DNA from: Planctomycetota bacterium
GTDB taxonomy: Bacteria; Planctomycetota; UBA11346
Assembly: GCA_038213805.1 (NCBI GenBank)
Contig: JBBQSO010000016.1
Coordinates: 11,571-75,570, forward strand
DNA: 64,000 bases
Direction: 5' to 3'
Shown: one piece after another, positions 59,001-64,000 of the stretch
Layout of the letters: each line of letters starts with the position of its first letter
Numbering within the stretch: the first letter of the stretch is position 1
Translations under genes and position numbers: made by a program
The notes under the pieces: generated by a model
What the model was told of the DNA's origin: nothing
The model's database searches: none
The model's input: the letters and a program-made list of their open reading frames with translations, nothing else

Positions 59001-59960
59001 GCCCTCGCCCTGGTCGCGCACCCGCGCCAGCAGGGCCTGGCGTGCGGCCAGGCCAAAGCGGTTCCAGCCCATCGGCGTCGACATCACCAGGACCTCGAAG
59101 TGCTCCGGGCCAAGCAGCGAGCTCGCCAGGTAGCGCTGCATCAGCGCGCAGTCCAGCCCATGGCCGCGTTCGCCGTACGCGTCGCCAAAGCCCCAGGTGT
59201 TATCCCCCCACTCGCGGTCCCACGACAACACGCTCGGCTGCAGATCGATGCGCTCCATCAACTCGACCACTTCGCGGCCGGTACGCACTCCGGCCAGGGC
59301 GAAGGCGCGCAGCGGCCCACCGGCGAGCCCATGCGCGAACGGCAGGTGCGGCGACGACACTGTCATGGTCGGCTGATGGTCGAGGCGCTCCGCATAGGGG
59401 ATGAATGGCACTTTCTCGGCCTCCATCCTCCCCAACCGAATGTCGTCGAACCACACCGTCAACCCGGCCGGCGGGTGATCGAAGAACAGGGTCATGGAGG
59501 TGACGGCGTGCAGGTCGATGCTCTTGCCGATCGCCGCGACCGGGATCTGCACCCGCGTCCGCCCCGCCGCCACGCGCACCTCGCCGTTGTAGCGCGAGGC
59601 GTAGCCCGCGCTCTTCGCATCGTCAACGCGCACCGCCAAGGTGCGCTCGCTGGTCGACCACACCGAGAACGACAGCGCCTCGTGATGCGACCAATCGCGC
59701 GGCACGCGCGCGCCGTGCAGCGTCAGCGCCGGGTAGTCACCGCTCACCGCCACCATCTTCAGGGCGGTGTCGCGCTCCGTGACCGAACGCGGGCCGACCG
59801 ACAACGTCACGTGGTCGTGGTCCCAATCCACGCCTTGGAGGTCCTCAGGGACTGCGAAGTGTGCCAGGAGCACGCCGCTGTCCGCCTCGGCGGACCAGCT
59901 ACGGATGGAGAACGTGAGGATCGCAAACGCGTACAGGGCGGATGTAAGGACGGTGCGCAT
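56055..59960 (-). CDS. Secreted multidomain glycoside hydrolase, GH42/beta-galactosidase-like
   Basis: Signal peptide, CBM-like N-terminal domain (DWSHHEALSF...WFDDIRL), SDET, FRAHLQTQFGSIAALNAAFGTAFASF, PVAVLWS trimerisation-like domain. Confidence 0.7.
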   Translation of the reverse strand: MRTVLTSALYAFAILTFSIRSWSAEADSGVLLAHFAVPEDLQGVDWDHDHVTLSVGPRSVTERDTALKMVAVSGDYPALTLHGARVPRDWSHHEALSFSVWSTSERTLAVRVDDAKSAGYASRYNGEVRVAAGRTRVQIPVAAIGKSIDLHAVTSMTLFFDHPPAGLTVWFDDIRLGRMEAEKVPFIPYAERLDHQPTMTVSSPHLPFAHGLAGGPLRAFALAGVRTGREVVELMERIDLQPSVLSWDREWGDNTWGFGDAYGERGHGLDCALMQRYLASSLLGPEHFEVLVMSTPMGWNRFGLAARQALLARVRDQGEGLVLINPFPGERGQPWPEDLRALSALIDGASDWADDGGGMHAPSEGREFGGRWVAQGAHPLTAGVPLDALPTGQMETQRCVVAPGAQVLIALANGTPVLAVRQVGKGRVVTIAARSPSLTPYMAVPDDFVARPEHRYWEAWYALLARAAAWAGNRPLSRQGEPQVLAVKGDDADPWYSVRQWKDAAGAVTDWELGFADPDPAFLRFPVQAPVSVMPGTSITLTFAAPEKSAGATWSAVLGELGDGRWRTLATVPVTAATGTVTLPTARVRQAVALVRLQARRDGRLIAEGRAEVVVTPTPRWNDYEVFTWDERGLPFLADLEMARMREFGLTGNTASPGDPDEWRRLLRGGMRLQVVGFANGLHVDDLEGQMRIWREHKERSALVRKPSFADPEFAAKERARVTALAKDMVPYAPLSLITSDETSLTSYTTEFDLDEHPANVAAFRAHLQTQFGSIAALNAAFGTAFASFEQVGPQTGQEAKDSGHLGLWNAWRDHNDDAWAGVFRLYGEAVHAGYPEARLSVSGTQEQAVFNGIDWAKLTPTLGAVCGYGGRHQELQRHCWGGPELRATPWCAYGRSGPSVAHQLWSDLLDGAAGAALFWWPSLHDPDLTFCRSGRDYQRALAELRAGVGMQYQQATRVFSPVAVLWSAPSQRAAWARGRFEEFKKAEETLLAALTAAGLDPFLVSDAEVAAGVLEKRGVRVLALPMTLAVGRGAGPGGVAVLPAIAALLDHGGMALVTDEPELDEFLRPVPLAPALAQRLTRFAAVKGDLRAALAKAGAKPQVPLTVGPGTTAVVHALSGTVPAYLLTLLRAPIGMHEVVGADGVAHQEKDATAGAEVESVRVDLSGFGAVTCIDCRSGAVLSGDGQVISVPMRAGEGHPLALLPYASTGFTVTAAIADGDLRIAWQLHAPVTAFAPHVVHIEVLDAAGAPLRHLVRNALSGADGRGTLSLPLADEDGQGLRVRVRDVLTGRVAEVGPVR

Positions 59961-60124
59961 AGAACGCCTACGCTAGCATCAGTAGGCCGTTGCTGAGACG
60001 CGCAGCACGAAGTGAGGACGCCAATCGTCTCATCGCGCCGGGACGATCCTCCAATGCTGTAGCCGTGCTGGCGAGTTGGCTCGTTTCTAAGCCAAGTCCG
60101 CAAGCATTTCAGCGTAATTCAGCG

Positions 60125-61252
60125 CTACCCAGCCTCGCCCCGCATCAACACCAGCATGTTGTCCCGATGCACTGCCGCCTTGGGCAGCGCATAACCGAGC
60201 GCGTTGCTCGCCGCATCGAGGCGCTTGCCGCAGATCGGTCCGAGCTCCGCCGCGGACAGCGACACCAGTCCGCGCGCGACCTCGTCCCCGGCGGGATCGA
60301 CGATGGCCACCGTGTCGCCGCGTTCGAAGCGTCCGTCGCAGCGCAGGATGCCGGCGGGCAGCAGGCTGCGCCCGCCGCGCATCAGCGCCTGGGCGGCGCC
60401 GGCGTCGACGTGCAGGTGGCCCTTCACGCGGCGTGCGACTGCCAGCCAGCGGCGGCGGCCATCGGCGCGCTCGCCGTGGCCGGGTACGCGCGTGCCGATG
60501 GATTCGCCGGCGACGATGCGCTCGATGACGCGCGCTTCGCGCGCCAGGGCGATGGTGGTGGTCACGGCTGCACCGCTGGCCAGGCGCGCGGCCTCGATCT
60601 TCGAACGCATGCCGCCGCGCCCGCGCGCGCCGGCGCCGCCGGCGGCGGCGACCATGCGCGCGGTGACCAGTGGGATCTCGTCCAGGCGCTTGGCGTCGGG
60701 GTTGGTGCGCGGGTCGGCATCGTAGACGCCGTCGATGTCGGTGAGCAGGATCAGGCGCTCGGCGCCGAGCTGGGTGGCGACCAGGGCCGAAAGCCGGTCG
60801 TTGTCGCCGACGGTCAGCTCCTCGACGGCGACGGTGTCGTTCTCGTTGATCACCGGCACCGCACCGAACTCGAACAACGCCTGAAAGGTGGCGGTGAGGT
60901 TGAGGTAGCGCTCGCGCTCGGTGAAGTCGTCGTAGGTCAGCAGCACCTGCGCAGCGACGAGTCCGTGCGCTGCAAGCGCGACTTCCCAGCGGTGCGCGAG
61001 CGTGGCCTGGCCGATCGCGGCCAGCGCCTGGCGCTCGGGCAGGCCGGGCGGCCGTTCGGCCAGGCCGAGGATGCCGACGCCACTGGCGACCGCGCCGCTC
61101 GACACCAGCACGGGCTGAGCGCCGCCGCGCGCGATCGCCGCGAGCTGCGCCGCGACTGCATCGAGGTAGGGCAGATCGATGCGGCCAGCGCGGTCCACCA
61201 GGCTGTTCGAGCCGATCTTCACCACCACCACGCAGCGCGCGTCAGCGGCCAT
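60125..61252 (-). CDS. proB: Glutamate 5-kinase with PUA domain
   Basis: VVKIGSN, VSSGAV, AAIGQ, PVINENDTV, GDNDRLS, GGMRSK, SLLPAGI, HRDNM. Confidence 0.96.
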   Translation of the reverse strand: MAADARCVVVVKIGSNSLVDRAGRIDLPYLDAVAAQLAAIARGGAQPVLVSSGAVASGVGILGLAERPPGLPERQALAAIGQATLAHRWEVALAAHGLVAAQVLLTYDDFTERERYLNLTATFQALFEFGAVPVINENDTVAVEELTVGDNDRLSALVATQLGAERLILLTDIDGVYDADPRTNPDAKRLDEIPLVTARMVAAAGGAGARGRGGMRSKIEAARLASGAAVTTTIALAREARVIERIVAGESIGTRVPGHGERADGRRRWLAVARRVKGHLHVDAGAAQALMRGGRSLLPAGILRCDGRFERGDTVAIVDPAGDEVARGLVSLSAAELGPICGKRLDAASNALGYALPKAAVHRDNMLVLMRGEAG

Positions 61253-62957
61253 CGCCAGGCTCCTTGTCCGTGGTGCCGGCGTCCAGCTTGCCCGGGCCCT
61301 TGGCCGGAGCTTCTGGAGTGGTCTCGGGCGCTGCCGTAGGTAAGACAGGTGCATCTGCCACAGGTTCGGCCGTAGTTTCAGGCGCCGCAACGGGCGCGTC
61401 GGCCAGGGGTTCGGCCGCAGTCACGGGCGGATCCGCGGGCGGATCGCTCAGGGTATCGGCAGGGACGATCTCATCGCCCAGCGCCTCCTGCGCATGCGAA
61501 CTCTCGTCGTGATCGCGGCCGAAGTGGTGGTCGTCCTCGCTGCGCGACGCCTCCGGCGGCACCTCGCCGGTGATGGCGTGGTGATGCTCCTCGTCGACGT
61601 GGACGTCGTGATGGCCGCTGACGTTCGCAGCCTGGGCCGCGCCGTGGTCGTAGGCACTGCGCGGCACGGTCGCACCCGGCGCATCCCAGGCCGCCGGCGC
61701 GGGCGGTGGGAACTGTTGCGCCGCTGCAGCCACCGGCGCGTGGCGGGCGTTGTACCACATCATCAGGCGGCTGGCGAGCAGACCGCCCTCGAAGAGCATC
61801 TGCAGCGGGATCATCATCACGATCATGCTGGTACCGTCCGGCGGCGTGACCAGCGAGGCGATCACGGTGTTGATCAGAATGACGAACTTGCGCATCTTCG
61901 CGAGCTTGGCCGTGGTGACGAAACCGAGCCGGACGAGGATCATCACCAGCCACGGGATGTCCATCATCAGGCCGAAGCACACCGTCATCATGGTGAACGA
62001 CGCCTGGTAGATGGCCTGCGGCACCATCTGCTCCTTGAGCGTCGGATCGCCCGCCGACCATTCGAGCAGCCACGCGAAGTAATAAGGCAGGCCCCAGAAA
62101 TAGCCGAGCACCGCCCCGGCGTAGAAGAACAGGATGCCGGCGGGCACGAACAGGAAGGCGAGCTGGCGTTCCTTGTGCAGCAGGCCGACGCTGACGAACC
62201 GCCAGATCTGGTAGACCAGGAAGGGGATGGCCACCACCAGCGCCGCGTAGAAGCTGACCGACATCGACACCATCGCGCTCTCGGATAGATTCATGCTGAC
62301 CAGCACGCGTGCAGGATTGCGTGCGGCTCCCGCACCGCTGCCAGCGACGGTGCTGATGATGCCGGTCGCGGCGTCGACCTTGCGGATGCGCTGATTGTTG
62401 GTGTCGGCGATGTAGAGATTGCCGGCGGCGTCGACGCTGACCGCACCCGGGCAATCCAGCTGCGCCTCGATCGCCGGGCCGCCATCGCCGGAGAAGCCGG
62501 CCATGGCTGTGCCCGCCACGGTGGTCACGACGCCAGTGGCCTTGTCGATCTTGCGGATGCGCGAATGGAACTGGTCGGCAATGTACACGTTTCCTGCGCC
62601 ATCGACGGCGAGCGCCGCCGGATTGTTGAGCGCAGCCTCGAGCGCCGGCCCACCGTCGCCCGGCAGCGGCTTGCCGGCCTCCGCCTTCGCTTCGCTGACC
62701 AGCGGCGTGGCATGCACCCTGCCATCGCCCGAATCCAGACCCAGCGCCCGCGCCTGCTCGGGCCCGAGGATGTGGATCGCGTGGATCAGCGGCTGCACGT
62801 AGACGACCTTGAGCTCCTTGTTGTAGGCGAAGCCCGCCAGGAAGCCCACCACCAGCACCGCGATCGGCACCATCAGCCGCTTGCGCAGCTCGTGCAGGTG
62901 GTCGCCGAGGCTCATCGGCATGTCGATCAGGTGCGGCAGCGGGTTCAGGCGGACCAT
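61242..62957 (-). CDS. tatC: Twin-arginine translocase TatC with inserted NHL repeats and long C-terminal tail
   Basis: MSLGDHLHELRKRL, YQIWRFV..GL..KE, LFFYAG, FG...DIP, TPPD..S, PLQMLFE. Two NHL repeats at aa 100-208. Confidence 0.9.
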   Translation of the reverse strand: MVRLNPLPHLIDMPMSLGDHLHELRKRLMVPIAVLVVGFLAGFAYNKELKVVYVQPLIHAIHILGPEQARALGLDSGDGRVHATPLVSEAKAEAGKPLPGDGGPALEAALNNPAALAVDGAGNVYIADQFHSRIRKIDKATGVVTTVAGTAMAGFSGDGGPAIEAQLDCPGAVSVDAAGNLYIADTNNQRIRKVDAATGIISTVAGSGAGAARNPARVLVSMNLSESAMVSMSVSFYAALVVAIPFLVYQIWRFVSVGLLHKERQLAFLFVPAGILFFYAGAVLGYFWGLPYYFAWLLEWSAGDPTLKEQMVPQAIYQASFTMMTVCFGLMMDIPWLVMILVRLGFVTTAKLAKMRKFVILINTVIASLVTPPDGTSMIVMMIPLQMLFEGGLLASRLMMWYNARHAPVAAAAQQFPPPAPAAWDAPGATVPRSAYDHGAAQAANVSGHHDVHVDEEHHHAITGEVPPEASRSEDDHHFGRDHDESSHAQEALGDEIVPADTLSDPPADPPVTAAEPLADAPVAAPETTAEPVADAPVLPTAAPETTPEAPAKGPGKLDAGTTDKEPGDGR

Positions 62958-63032
62958 GCGCCCCCCTGCGTCACGAAGCCCGCGCTCTGCGCTGGAGCCC
63001 GCGTACGGACCGGCCCGGCGATCGCCATCAGC

Positions 63033-63953
63033 TCACGCCCCCACCGCATGGACGGCCGCCGCCAGCACCCCGGCGCGCGCCGCCACGATCCGGGCCAGGT
63101 CGCGTGCAGCGCCATGCTTCTCGATCAGCCGCACCAGGTGGCTGCCGACGATCACACCGTCGCCGAAACCGGCGGCGAGCGCGGCCTGCTCCGGCGTCGA
63201 GATGCCGAAGCCGATGCATACCGGCGCGTCCGCGACCTTCTTCAGCGCCGCCACCTGCTTTGCCAGGTCGGCAGGCAGGTCGGCGCGTTCGCCGGTGACG
63301 CCAAGACGGCAGACGTAATAGAGGAAGCCGCGGCTCTCGCGCATCAGCATGCGCTTGCGCGCCAGCGGCGTGGTCGGCGCGGACAGGCACACCGTGGCCA
63401 GGCCGGCGGCGCGCATCGTGACCAGGAACTCCGCACCCTCTTCCGGCGGCAGGTCGAGCGGCAGCAACCCGTCGACCCCGGCCGCGACCGCATCGCGCGC
63501 GAAGGCCTCCATGCCGTACGCCAGCACCGGGTTGACGTAGGTGAAGAACAGCAGCGGCACGTTGGTGCGCGCACGGATGCGCTGCACCGCCGCAAGCACC
63601 CCGCGCACGGTGGTCCCGGCCTTCAACGCGCGCTCGCAGGCCGCCTGGTTGGCTGGACCATCCGCCATCGGATCCGAGTACGGGATGCCAAGCTCGATGA
63701 TGTCGACGCCGGCCTCCGCCATGGCCACCACCAGCTCGACGGTGGCGTCAAGGTGTGGGTCGCCGGCGCAGATGTAGGCGATGAAGGCCTTCCGCCCGTG
63801 CGCCCGCAGCTCACTGAACCGTTGCGCGATGCGGTTGGCGGGCGGGGCGGAAGGTGCGTCCGGAAGTCCGGAAGTGCGGAATTCCCGCAGTCCCCTGGGC
63901 ACAGGCCCGCTGGCGCGGCCGGCCGCCGTGGCATCGGTAACGGCTGTCGCCAC
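63033..63953 (-). CDS. trpA: Tryptophan synthase alpha chain (start uncertain)
   Basis: YICAGDP, ELGIPYSDPMADGP, DLPPEE, GFLYYV..GVTGER, GFGISTPEQ, DGVIVGS. Confidence 0.96.
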   Translation of the reverse strand: MATAVTDATAAGRASGPVPRGLREFRTSGLPDAPSAPPANRIAQRFSELRAHGRKAFIAYICAGDPHLDATVELVVAMAEAGVDIIELGIPYSDPMADGPANQAACERALKAGTTVRGVLAAVQRIRARTNVPLLFFTYVNPVLAYGMEAFARDAVAAGVDGLLPLDLPPEEGAEFLVTMRAAGLATVCLSAPTTPLARKRMLMRESRGFLYYVCRLGVTGERADLPADLAKQVAALKKVADAPVCIGFGISTPEQAALAAGFGDGVIVGSHLVRLIEKHGAARDLARIVAARAGVLAAAVHAVGA

Positions 63954-63992
63954 CCCGGGCGTCCGGCCGTACGGCCTTACGGGCTTACGGGC
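63858..63992. repeat. Two octamer arrays: (GTCCGGAA) x3 and degenerate (GGSCKTAC) x3
   Basis: 63858-63881, and ggccgtac ggccttac gggcttac gggc at 63965-63992. Confidence 0.75.
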
Positions 63993-64000
63993 CCGGGCGC

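Overview
A high-GC (roughly 70% by eye), gene-dense bacterial chromosome segment. It probably comes from the PVC superphylum or Planctomycetota, inferred from the form of L28, the pseudopilin-like giant proteins and the GH42-like protein. It holds about 45 CDSs, mostly housekeeping or accessory: a nucleoside-type ABC transporter, glnE, riboflavin synthase, a GldF/GldG-like pair, a split spermidine-synthase-like pair, queA, rpmB, a pilin/GspK-like pair, an HD dNTPase, serA, ogt, an S8/S53-like protease, an SSS-GH20-anmK-murQ cluster, hrpA, lemA-M48, a GH42-like protein, proB, tatC and trpA. There is also one tRNA-Cys gene. I found no CRISPR array, integrase or transposase. Four things stand out. 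(1) TatC carries exactly two NHL propeller blades inserted in its first periplasmic loop, plus a His-rich tail; an oligomer could complete a 6-blade propeller. (2) A family of 7- and 8-bp tandem arrays, often as inverted pairs around a unique 70-140 bp core, sits at gene junctions, and one copy is inserted in frame inside hrpA. (3) A peptidoglycan-sugar recycling operon appears to use an SSS transporter and a GH20 in place of AmpG and NagZ. (4) An 1830-aa GspK-like protein has five copies of a divergent module. All calls come from motifs read by eye; no database searches were run.
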